A stretch of DNA of 64,000 bases from Bacteroidota bacterium (GTDB lineage Bacteria > Bacteroidota > Bacteroidia > AKYH767-A > 2013-40CM-41-45), in NCBI GenBank assembly GCA_031427625.1, contig JANPNV010000132.1, positions 12,919 through 76,918 on the forward strand, written 5' to 3'. How positions within the stretch are numbered: the stretch's first letter is position 1; every line of letters starts with the position of its first letter. Positions 20,604 through 30,242 of this stretch are shown here, piece after piece. Both the position numbers and the translations under genes were made by a program. Under the pieces are notes generated by a model. That model saw only the letters and a list, made by a program, of their open reading frames with translations. It was not told the origin of the DNA and did no database searches.

Positions 20604-21920
20604 TTAAGGCATCAGCGAATTAGCTAATGTTTTTTCTTTCATCATGCGAAGTAACAAAAACAGTCCGATAACAAAAAAGACTGCCAGAACTATTATGCTA
20701 TCTCGCATGCTTCCGGTAATTTCATTGATATAACCGAATACAAATGTACCTAGTACTGTTCCAAGTTTGTCGCATACATCGTAGAAGCTGAAATATGAAG
20801 CATGGTCCGTAGTTTCAGGCAATAATTTAGAATAAGTTGAACGAGAAAGTGACTGAATACCGCCCATTACAAGTCCTACAACTGCCGCAAGAATAATAAA
20901 CATGGTCTGCTCATCAACACCATATTCTTTATTACAGAAAAATGCTCCGACAGAAATCAGTATCCAGATAATAATGGAAATCATTATCGCACGTATGTTT
21001 CCGAGAATTCGCGATAAGTAACTGAAAAGGTAAGCACCTCCGATAGCAACAAATTGTATAATTAATATTACGACTATCAGTATTGATGAATCAAGATGAA
21101 GTTCGCCGCTTCCAAATAAAGTCGCAACATACATAACAGTTTGTACACCCATATTATAAAAGAAAAATGATAGTAGAAAAGTTTTTAGTCGTGATGTATT
21201 CCTGAGTTGGAACCAGACTTTTTTCAATTCACGATAACCATGAAATATGTATCTTCCTTTTGGCTTATATGGAAGCTTCAATTCTTTTATATTGTTAAAA
21301 GTGAATTGTGCAAAAGCAAACCACCAGATGCCAACAAGTAAAAATGAAAGGCGTGTGGCAAGACCTGAGCTGATTCCTCCGTAAAATTGTGGGAACATAA
21401 TCATAGTCAGGCAAAAAATAAGTAACAATGAGCTGCCTACATAACCCAATGCAAATCCTTTAGCACTTACCTTATCCTGGTCTTCCGGGGCTGCTATTTC
21501 CGGAAGGAAGGCATTGTAGAAAACAATACTGCCTGCATAACCAATAGATGCAAGCATGGAACCTAAAACTCCTATCCAAAGAGTCGATGAGTTGAAAAAG
21601 AAAAGTGAAGCGCATGATATAGCACCAAGTGTACTAAAGAAATACATGAATTTTTTTTTCTTCCCGCTATAATCAGCAATCGAAGAGAGTAGGGGACTGA
21701 AAGCAGCTATTATAAGAAATGCTATAGAAAGAGTATAGGTCTGCAAGGAATCACTGTTATATGTTCTTCCAAGAAATTTGACGGTGTTAGATCCTTCATG
21801 AGTTGTTACCGAATGAAAATAAATAGGAAACAATGCCGATGTAATCACCAGCGAATAAGCCGAGTTTGCCCAATCGTACATTGCCCATGCGTTGATTGTT
21901 TTTTTACCGGCAGTAATCAT
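20604..21920 (-). CDS. MFS transporter (UMF1/Atg22-like)
   Basis: WAMYDWANSAY, FYNAFLP and QSLSRS motifs; about 12 TM. Confidence 0.88.
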   Translation of the reverse strand: MITAGKKTINAWAMYDWANSAYSLVITSALFPIYFHSVTTHEGSNTVKFLGRTYNSDSLQTYTLSIAFLIIAAFSPLLSSIADYSGKKKKFMYFFSTLGAISCASLFFFNSSTLWIGVLGSMLASIGYAGSIVFYNAFLPEIAAPEDQDKVSAKGFALGYVGSSLLLIFCLTMIMFPQFYGGISSGLATRLSFLLVGIWWFAFAQFTFNNIKELKLPYKPKGRYIFHGYRELKKVWFQLRNTSRLKTFLLSFFFYNMGVQTVMYVATLFGSGELHLDSSILIVVILIIQFVAIGGAYLFSYLSRILGNIRAIMISIIIWILISVGAFFCNKEYGVDEQTMFIILAAVVGLVMGGIQSLSRSTYSKLLPETTDHASYFSFYDVCDKLGTVLGTFVFGYINEITGSMRDSIIVLAVFFVIGLFLLLRMMKEKTLANSLMP

Positions 21921-21940
21921 ATGTTTTTCGGAAAGTTTGG

Positions 21941-22963
21941 TTAAGCCTTAAATGATTTTATGGTATCGATAAAAAACTTTACTTTTTCTTTTTCTGTATC
22001 TGGATATAATCCATGTCCAAGATTGGCAATGTACTTCGAGCTTCCGAATTCCTGAAGCATTTTAATGGTTTCATTTTCAATAACGGGATAATCTGCATAC
22101 AAAAGACAAGGATCCAAATTCCCTTGTAAAACTTTATCACCACATAATACTCTTGATTCCTTAATATCCATATTCCAGTCGAGTCCAATTACAGAACAAG
22201 ATGATTCCGATAACGACTTCCTGGCAAAATAGGCCCCTTTTGCAAATACAATAACGGGAACTTTTTTTATCGCTTTGCATATCTCATTAATATACTTCAA
22301 TGAAAATTCGGAATACTGATCAGGTGATAATACACCTGCCCACGAATCAAAAATTTGTAAAATGTCGGCACCCGCATCTATTTGACCCTGCAGGTAATTT
22401 ATGGTACTCTGGGTGATTTTTTCCAGAAGTTCATGTGCAAGTGCCGGTTGTGTGTATAAGAATTTTTTTGCTTCGCTGAATGTTTTGCTGCCTTTACCTT
22501 CAATCATATATGATAGAATTGTCCATGGTGCGCCTGCAAATCCAATAAGCGGCACATTTCCGTTCAACTCACGTTTTACTATCCTAATGGCATCCAATAC
22601 ATATTGTAATTCATTCGCGCTGGCAACTCTTAATTTTTTTACATCAGCTGTCGACTTAACAGGATTATTAAACCATGGGCCCTGGCTTTCTACAATTTCA
22701 TAGTCGAGCCCCATTGCCTCTGGTATTACAAGAATGTCAGAAAATATTATCGCAGCATCAACGCCAAGAATATCGACAGGTTGAATAGTAACTTCTGCCG
22801 CCAATTCGGGAGTCTTTACCAGATTCTTAAATCCACCGGAATGTTCCCGGACTTTTCTGTATTCAGGAAGAATTCGGCCAGCTTGTCGCATTAACCAAAC
22901 CGGTGTACGTTCTGTCTTTTCCCCCCTTGCAGCCCGAAGTATCAGATCATTTTTAATTGTCAT
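21941..22963 (-). CDS. hemE: Uroporphyrinogen decarboxylase
   Basis: [25 protein letters not shown] and NLGHG motifs. ATG 22963 preferred because the TTG at 22972 is part of a TACTTTTG promoter. Confidence 0.95.
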   Translation of the reverse strand: MTIKNDLILRAARGEKTERTPVWLMRQAGRILPEYRKVREHSGGFKNLVKTPELAAEVTIQPVDILGVDAAIIFSDILVIPEAMGLDYEIVESQGPWFNNPVKSTADVKKLRVASANELQYVLDAIRIVKRELNGNVPLIGFAGAPWTILSYMIEGKGSKTFSEAKKFLYTQPALAHELLEKITQSTINYLQGQIDAGADILQIFDSWAGVLSPDQYSEFSLKYINEICKAIKKVPVIVFAKGAYFARKSLSESSCSVIGLDWNMDIKESRVLCGDKVLQGNLDPCLLYADYPVIENETIKMLQEFGSSKYIANLGHGLYPDTEKEKVKFFIDTIKSFKA

Positions 22964-23081
22964 AGGATGCAAAAGTAGTTTAATTTGAGAATTTGTCAGA
23001 GGAATAATATTAATTCAAGTTCAATCATGCGAATTTACCCGACCTCAAAAAAACTTTTTACTAAAATGGGAAATCCACATG

Positions 23082-24833
23082 TTAGAAATAATTTACTATT
23101 CCAAAATGTATTTTGCCATTCTTGAAATATACCGGGTTGTCGAATTGTTTACCCAAGGCATAACTTACAGACATAATTCCGATTTTGGTTTCGAAATCAA
23201 TACCTGCTCCAAAACCAATTGGCGTATCAGTTTTATTTATGTTCCTGCTTTTGTTTTCATACCAGGCCATATTAATAAATGTAAATAGAAAAGAATTCTG
23301 CTCGAGTAAATACCTGTATTCTAATTTACCTATAAAATAAGTTGATGCATAAATTGATTCTTCGTCAAATCCTCTTAAAGATTTTAAACCTCCAATACGG
23401 TAAAGTTCGTTTACAAATAAATTAGGATTGTAGATATAGGCCGAGTGAATTCCGGGATTCATGACATGTCTTCCACCGAATGAAAAATAATAGTCGGATT
23501 CAATTTCTCCATGATATGTTACGCTCTGTAATTGAATGTTTTCATATGCAGCAGGGTTAATGTCGCTGTTTTTTCTGATCTTCCTGTTTCCCGTACTTCC
23601 AGTTGCTTCAAGTGAGTATCCTTTTTGTGGATTAAGTCGATAGTCTAGTTTTTCATAGTGGATTGTAGCTCCGTATGAAACTGTTGTAATGTCAGCATAA
23701 TCGGGAAGTACAGTTATGTTTTCAAGTCCTTTCGCTGATTGAAGATCACTTTGCTTGTCGGTAACAAATGCCTTCAGGTAATTATTCCCTGTGATTGCAT
23801 ATTGAACACCAAGATTTTTAGTAACATCTATGTAAGTGCTGTCCTTTTTAAATATTGCCAGATTTCCATCGAGTCCGAATGAAGTATTAAACAGGAATGG
23901 ATATAAAGCATGTACTTTAAAATCTTGTGATTTCGAAGGAAGTTGTTTCCAGTTCAATTCTATTATCTCTCCACGTTCTAGCGAATTTTGCAATTTCAGA
24001 TGTACTTCACCAACGAGATTAAATTTGCCTGACTTTGCTTCATCCGGGAGCAAACCCAGGACACCATCGAATTGACTTGCTTTTTTATTTTCGAGAAATA
24101 AATAGAGCTTCGTTTCATTGTTAGTAAACAGGATTTGCGATTGTTTTACTTCTTTAATAAATGACAATTCTCTGAGTCTGCTGGATATTTTTTTTATCTG
24201 AAATTCTCTATAGACATCTCCCGGCCGTATAGAAATATAATTGTATAAAAAAACAGGCGCAATTTTGGCAGTCCCTTTAATAATAATACTATCAATTTTT
24301 ATAAATCTGTTTTTTACTAATGCAAAAGCTGCATCAAACCGATTTTCAGATATTGAAATACTGTCGAGTTTTAAGGATGCAAACGGATAACCATTATTCT
24401 CACAATTGTGGATTATCTTCGAAGTGATTTCTGATACCTGAAGGTAGTTTATAGGTTTTCCAAGAAATAATTTTTTACGATATCCCGAACCCGTCAAATA
24501 ATCATCCTGTACATTTCCTTGTCTGATAGTCGCCCATTCGTATTTCTCTCCTGAAAAAATATATGCATTGTAGTTCAGACTGTCTTTTACCACGCTATCG
24601 ATTCCTGCAGCAAGATACCCCCCTGCCCGTAATTGATAAATAAGAGTTTCAAGTTTTTGTCGGATCTGAAGACTGTCTTTGAAAATGTTTTTTTCTTCAG
24701 TGTTTTTTTTAATGCTGATAATTTCTGAATTCAATGAATCAGTAAATACATACTTGATTGAATAGTTTTTCTGACCAAAAACAACTACATGGCAAAAAAA
24801 GAAAAACAAAGTAATTCGAAATTTAAAATTCAT
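23082..24833 (-). CDS. Omp85/BamA-TamA family outer membrane protein with POTRA-like domains
   Basis: Signal peptide, GY-containing POTRA-like segments, GGLKSLRGF (VRGF/Y lid-loop motif), C-terminal aromatic strand ending in F. Confidence 0.8.
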   Translation of the reverse strand: MNFKFRITLFFFFCHVVVFGQKNYSIKYVFTDSLNSEIISIKKNTEEKNIFKDSLQIRQKLETLIYQLRAGGYLAAGIDSVVKDSLNYNAYIFSGEKYEWATIRQGNVQDDYLTGSGYRKKLFLGKPINYLQVSEITSKIIHNCENNGYPFASLKLDSISISENRFDAAFALVKNRFIKIDSIIIKGTAKIAPVFLYNYISIRPGDVYREFQIKKISSRLRELSFIKEVKQSQILFTNNETKLYLFLENKKASQFDGVLGLLPDEAKSGKFNLVGEVHLKLQNSLERGEIIELNWKQLPSKSQDFKVHALYPFLFNTSFGLDGNLAIFKKDSTYIDVTKNLGVQYAITGNNYLKAFVTDKQSDLQSAKGLENITVLPDYADITTVSYGATIHYEKLDYRLNPQKGYSLEATGSTGNRKIRKNSDINPAAYENIQLQSVTYHGEIESDYYFSFGGRHVMNPGIHSAYIYNPNLFVNELYRIGGLKSLRGFDEESIYASTYFIGKLEYRYLLEQNSFLFTFINMAWYENKSRNINKTDTPIGFGAGIDFETKIGIMSVSYALGKQFDNPVYFKNGKIHFGIVNYF

Positions 24834-24904
24834 TCTGATTAAATTAATTCCAGCTTAATGATAACCTCAAACATAGTTTTTTATTGAATCTTTATTTATC
24901 ATAT

Positions 24905-25606
24905 TCATTTTAAATTATATTTATCTTCAATTGTCCAATCAATTCCCATTTCACCTAGCTCTTCAAGGATTGCATTTGTTTTTGAAAAATGTTTGCATCC
25001 AAAAAATCCACGGTTTGCAGAAAATGGTGATGGATGAGCAGCCGTTAATATATAATGTTTTGTAATATCAATCAGCGGAGATTTCGCCTGAGCATATTTC
25101 CCCCAGAGTAAAAAAATTATTCCTGATCGATTGACAGAAAGTTGATGTATAATAGCATCAGTGAAATTTTCCCATCCTTTTTTTTGATGAGATCCTGGCT
25201 GATTTGCCCTGACAGTTAGGGTAGCATTTAGAAGTAATACACCTTGTCGTGTCCATTTTTCGAGATTGCCTTTAACAGGAATCGGAATATTAAGGTCGTT
25301 TTTTATTTCTTTAAAAATATTCCTCAGGCTGCGAGGAAGCATTTGATTTTCTGAAACAGAGAACGCAAGACCATGAGCCTGACCCAATCCATGATACGGA
25401 TCCTGTCCTAGAATTACCACTTTAACTGAATTAAATGGTGTTTTATCAAGAGCTGCAAAAATGTTTGATGAGGCTGGATAGATAATCTCACCACTTTTTC
25501 TTTCACTTTTCAGAAAATGTTTCAAATCTGTGAAATAGGGAGCTGCAAACTCCTCATCCAGCTTTTTTTTCCAGCTTTCTTCAATTCCAGCCTGAGTAAT
25601 ATCCAT
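24905..25606 (-). CDS. ung: Uracil-DNA glycosylase
   Basis: GQDPYH, GVLLLN and HPSPFS motifs. Confidence 0.96.
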   Translation of the reverse strand: MDITQAGIEESWKKKLDEEFAAPYFTDLKHFLKSERKSGEIIYPASSNIFAALDKTPFNSVKVVILGQDPYHGLGQAHGLAFSVSENQMLPRSLRNIFKEIKNDLNIPIPVKGNLEKWTRQGVLLLNATLTVRANQPGSHQKKGWENFTDAIIHQLSVNRSGIIFLLWGKYAQAKSPLIDITKHYILTAAHPSPFSANRGFFGCKHFSKTNAILEELGEMGIDWTIEDKYNLK

Positions 25607-25799
25607 TACGAATTTTTATTTCGGTATAAACTTACATTCATATAGGCCATAATTTCGACGTCTTGGTGATAAATCGATGGAAATGTTGAAAACTTCTTAC
25701 CTGCATTTTATCAAAAAACATATATTTGCATAAGTTTGTTTACGTGAAAGGAAAACATTCGCATTAAAATTCCGTTAAATTATTAGTTAAAAATCCAAC

Positions 25800-25934
25800 A
25801 TGAAAAAAATCATTCGTGTCACTCTTATGTTGTCCATTTTAGCCGGACTTTTTGCATCTTGCAAATCGCATGAGAAATGTCCAGCCTATGGCCAGATGAA
25901 TAAGACGAAGCGTCACTCAGAAATACGCGGGTAA
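25800..25934 (+). CDS. Small lipoprotein, 44 aa (not in ORF track)
   Basis: MKKIIRVTLMLSILAGLFAS-CKSHEKCPAYGQMNKTKRHSEIRG*. Lipoprotein signal peptide, upstream TATATTTG/TAAGTTTG boxes and a downstream terminator. Confidence 0.75.
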   Translation: MKKIIRVTLMLSILAGLFASCKSHEKCPAYGQMNKTKRHSEIRG

Positions 25935-25956
25935 TAATATTCTGAAAAAATTCTGC

Positions 25957-25985
25957 AGCGAATAACCAGTGGTTATTCGCTTTTC
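25957..25985 (+). terminator. Intrinsic terminator between the small lipoprotein gene and osmC
   Basis: agcgaataacc-agt-ggttattcgct perfect 11-bp stem plus T-run. Confidence 0.75.
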
Positions 25986-25989
25986 TTAT

Positions 25990-26400
25990 TTATAGCTGGT
26001 AAGAAAAATTTACAGTTTGTTTTATATCAGGATGAATACTCAGTGCTACCGGACAGGTTAATGCAGCTCTTTCTAAAAGTGTTTTTTCCTTCTCGGAGAA
26101 TTTTTTTCCTGGCAATTCAAAAGAAACAACGATTTCTGATACTCTCCTCGGATTTGAAGCCATTATTTTGGTGATTTTAATTTTGGCTGAATTAAAATCT
26201 ATTGAATGGGTGTTTGCAGCAATGCCCATCAATGTCATCATACAGCTTCCTAAAGAAGCACAGAGTAAGTCAGTTGGTGAAAAGGCCTCGCCTTTACCAT
26301 AGTTGTCTATAGGCGCATCCGTAATGATTTTTTCACCCGATTTTAGATGCGTTGCTTCAGTTCTTAAGTTCCCTTTGTAAATCGTTTGTATAGTTTCCAT
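25990..26400 (-). CDS. OsmC/Ohr family protein
   Basis: TDAP...GEAFSPTDL, SLGSC and TCPV two-cysteine pattern. Confidence 0.88.
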   Translation of the reverse strand: METIQTIYKGNLRTEATHLKSGEKIITDAPIDNYGKGEAFSPTDLLCASLGSCMMTLMGIAANTHSIDFNSAKIKITKIMASNPRRVSEIVVSFELPGKKFSEKEKTLLERAALTCPVALSIHPDIKQTVNFSYQL

Positions 26401-26461
26401 GAGTCAAAGATAAGCATGGACTTTATAGACATGGATAAAATTCATAGTTTTGTATCTTCTG

Positions 26462-27220
26462 ATGCGGATAATCCTTCTCATTTTCTTTGGACTTCTACTT
26501 CTTGACGCTTATGCTCAAGATTCAACAAATGTTGAAAGATCTGACGTTACCGTTCTATATAGGAATGAAGCAGCTGGTGGAATCACTGTTCATTCTAATG
26601 GCTTTGGAGTAACATTTAAGCGAGGATGGCACCTTACCGGATATAAGAAGCAGCTTCTCGACATTGATTTTGTTTCATTAAGAGACCCAAAACAGTATAA
26701 GTTGGCAAACCCCTATTATCCTGATTCAAAACCATTCTTCTTTGGCAAACTTAATTTTGCTTATATGTTAAGGGGTGGTTATGGACGGCAAAATGTTATG
26801 TTTAGTAAAGCAGAAAGAAGCGGAGTAGAAGTGAGGTATAATTATTATGCAGGACTATCGCTTGGAATTACAAAGCCTGTTTTCCTCGACATACTTATCG
26901 ATAATCCATTCGATACGTTAAGCAAAGTTATCGATACCAGAAAGTACGATCCGAATGATCCGGTTCAGCAAATACAGGAAAACATATATGGACCGGGACC
27001 GTATTTTCAAGGCATAGATCAGCTTTCCATTTATCCGGGTGGATATGGAAAATTTGCCATCTCTTTTGAATATGCCGGATGGCAACAAAAGGTTACCGCA
27101 CTTGAAGTCGGTGTTGTTGTAGACGCCTACCCAAAATCACTTCCTATTATGGCGAATAGTAAGAAGAACAATATCTTTTTTAACTTCTATATTACCCTGA
27201 TGTGGGGTGGTAAATGGTAG
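26462..27220 (+). CDS. Exported hypothetical protein, probable outer-membrane beta-barrel
   Basis: Signal peptide AYA|QD, alternating aromatic/Gly strands, C-terminal FNFYITLMWGGKW. Confidence 0.6.
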   Translation: MRIILLIFFGLLLLDAYAQDSTNVERSDVTVLYRNEAAGGITVHSNGFGVTFKRGWHLTGYKKQLLDIDFVSLRDPKQYKLANPYYPDSKPFFFGKLNFAYMLRGGYGRQNVMFSKAERSGVEVRYNYYAGLSLGITKPVFLDILIDNPFDTLSKVIDTRKYDPNDPVQQIQENIYGPGPYFQGIDQLSIYPGGYGKFAISFEYAGWQQKVTALEVGVVVDAYPKSLPIMANSKKNNIFFNFYITLMWGGKW

Positions 27221-27277
27221 GGAATAATAAAATTAAAGTTTCAGACAATTAATAGTTACAACATCATAGAACCTAGA

Positions 27278-28144
27278 ATGCTGCCCGATTCAAAAATATC
27301 CTTCCCCGAAAAAAAACCATCCTGGTTAAAGGTAAAATTGCCAACCGGGAAGGAATACACGAAGGTGAGGGAGATTGTAAGTGAACATAAACTTCATACC
27401 ATTTGCCAAAGTGGAAATTGTCCGAATATGGGCGAATGCTGGGGAGCAGGTACAGCCACTTTTATGATATTGGGAAACATTTGCACCCGATCATGCGGCT
27501 TTTGTTCGGTTGCGACAGGAAAGCCGGAAGCAGTGGATCCTTTCGAGCCCCTCAGAGTTGCAAAGTCAGTTAAATTAATGGGCATTAAACATTGTGTAAT
27601 TACATGTGTTGACAGAGATGATCTGGAAGATGGTGGTGCTGAAATTTGGGTGCAAACCATACGTAAGATACGTGAGTTATCACCTGAGACAACCATGGAA
27701 ACTCTTATCGGCGATTTTCAAGGCCGTTGGGGTAATCTGAAACAAGTAATAGATGAAAAACCAGAAATCATTTCCCATAATTTGGAAACTGTCCGTCGTC
27801 TGACTAAGCAAGTTCGGGTACAAGCCAAATACGATAGAAGTCTCGAGGCATTAAAGCATGTCAGCAATTACGGCATTCAGACCAAATCAGGTTTAATGCT
27901 TGGGCTCGGAGAATTAAGGGAGGAAATTTTGGAAGCCATGGATGATTTACGAAATTCAGGTGTTTCAATTCTTACACTTGGTCAATACCTTCAGCCGACA
28001 AAAGATCATTTGCCTGTAGATGAATTCATCACTCCGGAAATTTTTTCAGAATATAAGGAGATCGGGCTGTCTAAGGGCTTCAGATATGTCGAGAGCGGAC
28101 CCTTGGTGAGGTCGAGCTATCATGCAGAGAAGCATCTTTTGTAA
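27278..28144 (+). CDS. lipA: Lipoyl synthase
   Basis: [20 protein letters not shown] radical SAM motif, RSSYHA. Confidence 0.96.
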   Translation: MLPDSKISFPEKKPSWLKVKLPTGKEYTKVREIVSEHKLHTICQSGNCPNMGECWGAGTATFMILGNICTRSCGFCSVATGKPEAVDPFEPLRVAKSVKLMGIKHCVITCVDRDDLEDGGAEIWVQTIRKIRELSPETTMETLIGDFQGRWGNLKQVIDEKPEIISHNLETVRRLTKQVRVQAKYDRSLEALKHVSNYGIQTKSGLMLGLGELREEILEAMDDLRNSGVSILTLGQYLQPTKDHLPVDEFITPEIFSEYKEIGLSKGFRYVESGPLVRSSYHAEKHLL

Positions 28145-28240
28145 TAGGTGGAATTTATAATGAGAATATTAATTCTTCAGATTGTAAATGATACATTTCT
28201 TATATAAAATTTAAACAATAAAAATTCGATTCATTTATAT

Positions 28241-29245
28241 ATGAGCAAAATCCGCATTGCAATTAACGGTTTCGGCCGAATAGGTCGCATGACTACCCGA
28301 GTATTACTAAAAAATTCATTCGTTGAAATTGTTGCTATCAATGATCTGACTGACAATGCAACCCTTGCTCACCTTTTTAAATACGATTCAATTCATGGAA
28401 GATTTGACGGAACAATTTCATCAGATACCAGCAATCTGATTTTTAATAATAATCCTGTCAAATGTTTCTCCGAAAAAAATCCTGCGCTTCTGCCCTGGAA
28501 GGATTTAATGGTAGATGTTGTTCTGGAATGTACAGGTCATTTTACTGATGCCGCAAGTCTACAAAGTCACATAGATGCTGGAGCAAAAAAAGTTATTCTA
28601 TCGGCTCCCACGAAAGGAAAGCATGATATGAAAAGCATTGTACTTGGTGTAAATGATTCCATCCTGACATCATCAGATAAAATAATTTCGAATGCCTCTT
28701 GTACGACAAACAATGCAGGCCCAATGTTGAAAATTCTGGATGACAATTGGGGAATCGAAAACGCATATGTAACAACTGTTCATGCATATACAGGTGACCA
28801 GAATTTGCAGGATGCACCCCATAAGGACTTAAGGCGTGCCCGGGCAGCAGCAATTTCAATTATTCCGACAACGACAGGCGCAGCAAAGGCATTGGGTGAC
28901 GTTTTGCCACATCTGAGCGGAAAACTTGGCGGTGCTGGAATAAGAGTGCCATCGCCTGATGGCTCATTAACCGACATTACCTGCTTATTGAAGCAGGAAG
29001 TAACCGTTAATCAAATTAATGCAGCTTTTTTGGCAGCATCAAAGGGAGAAATGAAAAACATTTTAGAGTATACGGAAGATCCAATTGTATCAATAGATAT
29101 CGTTGGAAATCCGCATTCATGCATTTTTGATTCAGAATTAACGACCGTTTTAAACAAAATGGTAAAGATTGTTGGTTGGTACGATAATGAAATCGGCTAT
29201 AGTAACCGATTGGCTGAACTTGCACTTAGATTCGGCTCCTTATAA
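28241..29245 (+). CDS. gap: Type I glyceraldehyde-3-phosphate dehydrogenase
   Basis: INGFGRIGR, SNASCTTN, RRARAAA and WYDNE motifs. Confidence 0.93.
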   Translation: MSKIRIAINGFGRIGRMTTRVLLKNSFVEIVAINDLTDNATLAHLFKYDSIHGRFDGTISSDTSNLIFNNNPVKCFSEKNPALLPWKDLMVDVVLECTGHFTDAASLQSHIDAGAKKVILSAPTKGKHDMKSIVLGVNDSILTSSDKIISNASCTTNNAGPMLKILDDNWGIENAYVTTVHAYTGDQNLQDAPHKDLRRARAAAISIIPTTTGAAKALGDVLPHLSGKLGGAGIRVPSPDGSLTDITCLLKQEVTVNQINAAFLAASKGEMKNILEYTEDPIVSIDIVGNPHSCIFDSELTTVLNKMVKIVGWYDNEIGYSNRLAELALRFGSL

Positions 29246-29251
29246 ATGGAC

Positions 29252-29482
29252 TTATTCACATTAATGGCATTCATTCTTTGATTTTTATGCATGAATGATT
29301 AACATTTTTTATTTAAAATGGTTATTTATAAGCATTTATAAAGTTATCCACATTCAGAAGGAATGAACGGTTAATGATTTTTAAAACATTTATTATTGAA
29401 TAAACAATTATATCAAAAGAGAATCGTTTATTTGAACACCAGTGAAAACGAGTAATAAGTGTTCAGAGTTTAATTTGGATAA
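29252..29482. promoter_or_regulatory. AT-rich spacer with DnaA-box matches (candidate oriC or DnaA-binding locus)
   Basis: TTATTCACA 29252-60, TTATCCACA 29344-52, TTATCCAAA (minus strand) 29474-82. Confidence 0.4.
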
Positions 29483-29571
29483 TTATTTTTGAATTCTATG
29501 GTACAATAATTGGAAACATATTAATTGACTAAAAATTTCCATTTCAACAACAGTTTTAATAAATATCAACT

Positions 29572-29739
29572 ATGCTTAATAACTCAAAAAGAAAAGCCAA
29601 AATCGTAAAACAACCAATAAGTGACTCCGCAACTCGCATTAAAGTCCAATTGGATCACAAAACAATGATGATTGTACATAGCATGTCAGCCTTCAAAATG
29701 TGGAAGAAACGTTATCCGCTTGCTCGGGTGATTGCATAA
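29572..29739 (+). CDS. Small basic hypothetical protein, 55 aa (not in ORF track)
   Basis: MLNNSKRKAKIVKQPISDSATRIKVQLDHKTMMIVHSMSAFKMWKKRYPLARVIA*. TATTTTTG box at 29484-91 and a terminator at 29776. Confidence 0.65.
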   Translation: MLNNSKRKAKIVKQPISDSATRIKVQLDHKTMMIVHSMSAFKMWKKRYPLARVIA

Positions 29740-29775
29740 TCGCTCCAGGCAATATCTATAGAATAATTTTTCTTG

Positions 29776-29802
29776 GGTCTCAATATTGAGACCTTTTCTT
29801 TT
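29776..29802 (+). terminator. Intrinsic terminator after the 55-aa ORF
   Basis: 18-bp perfect palindrome ggtctcaatattgagacc followed by ttttctttt. Confidence 0.65.
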
Positions 29803-29926
29803 GTCAATATGCATGAACATCAGTGTTAGTGAGGCATTTAGCATTAATTAAAATTACATTAGGCTTATATTTTTGAAAAAGAGGGGTAAAAAAGTGACAA
29901 TTCTAAAAAAATATTTTTCATTAGAA

Positions 29927-29957
29927 TTTGTAATTCAATTCTCGTTTTCTACATTTG
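29927..29957 (+). promoter_or_regulatory. Canonical Bacteroidota sigma-A promoter of the tRNA-tuf operon
   Basis: TTTG (-33) N19 TACATTTG (-7). Confidence 0.75.
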
Positions 29958-30006
29958 CAATCCCAATTTTGGAGGGTAGTGTGTTCCTTGAAATTTGTTA
30001 AAAAAC

Positions 30007-30083
30007 GCCGATGTAGCTCAGTTGGCCAGAGCTACTGATTTGTAATCAGTGGGTCGGGGGTTCGAATCCCTCCATCGGCTCCA
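30007..30083 (+). tRNA. tRNA-Thr(TGT), CCA encoded
   Basis: GCCGATG/CATCGGC acceptor stem, ctgat-TTGTAA-tcag anticodon arm, GTTCGAATC T-loop. Confidence 0.95.
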
Positions 30084-30110
30084 GTTTACACACTGGTTTA
30101 TTAATGAGAA

Positions 30111-30191
30111 GGGGAGATACCAGAGTGGCCAAATGGGACGGACTGTAAATCCGTTGCGAAAGCTTCGAAGGTTCGAATCCTTCTCTCCCCA
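30111..30191 (+). tRNA. tRNA-Tyr(GTA)
   Basis: GGGGAGA/TCTCCCC acceptor stem, acgga-CTGTAAA-tccgt, long variable arm, GTTCGAATC. Confidence 0.95.
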
Positions 30192-30242
30192 CTCTGAACC
30201 TACGGTTTGGACAGAGTAGGATCCATGGCATAAACCTGATAA

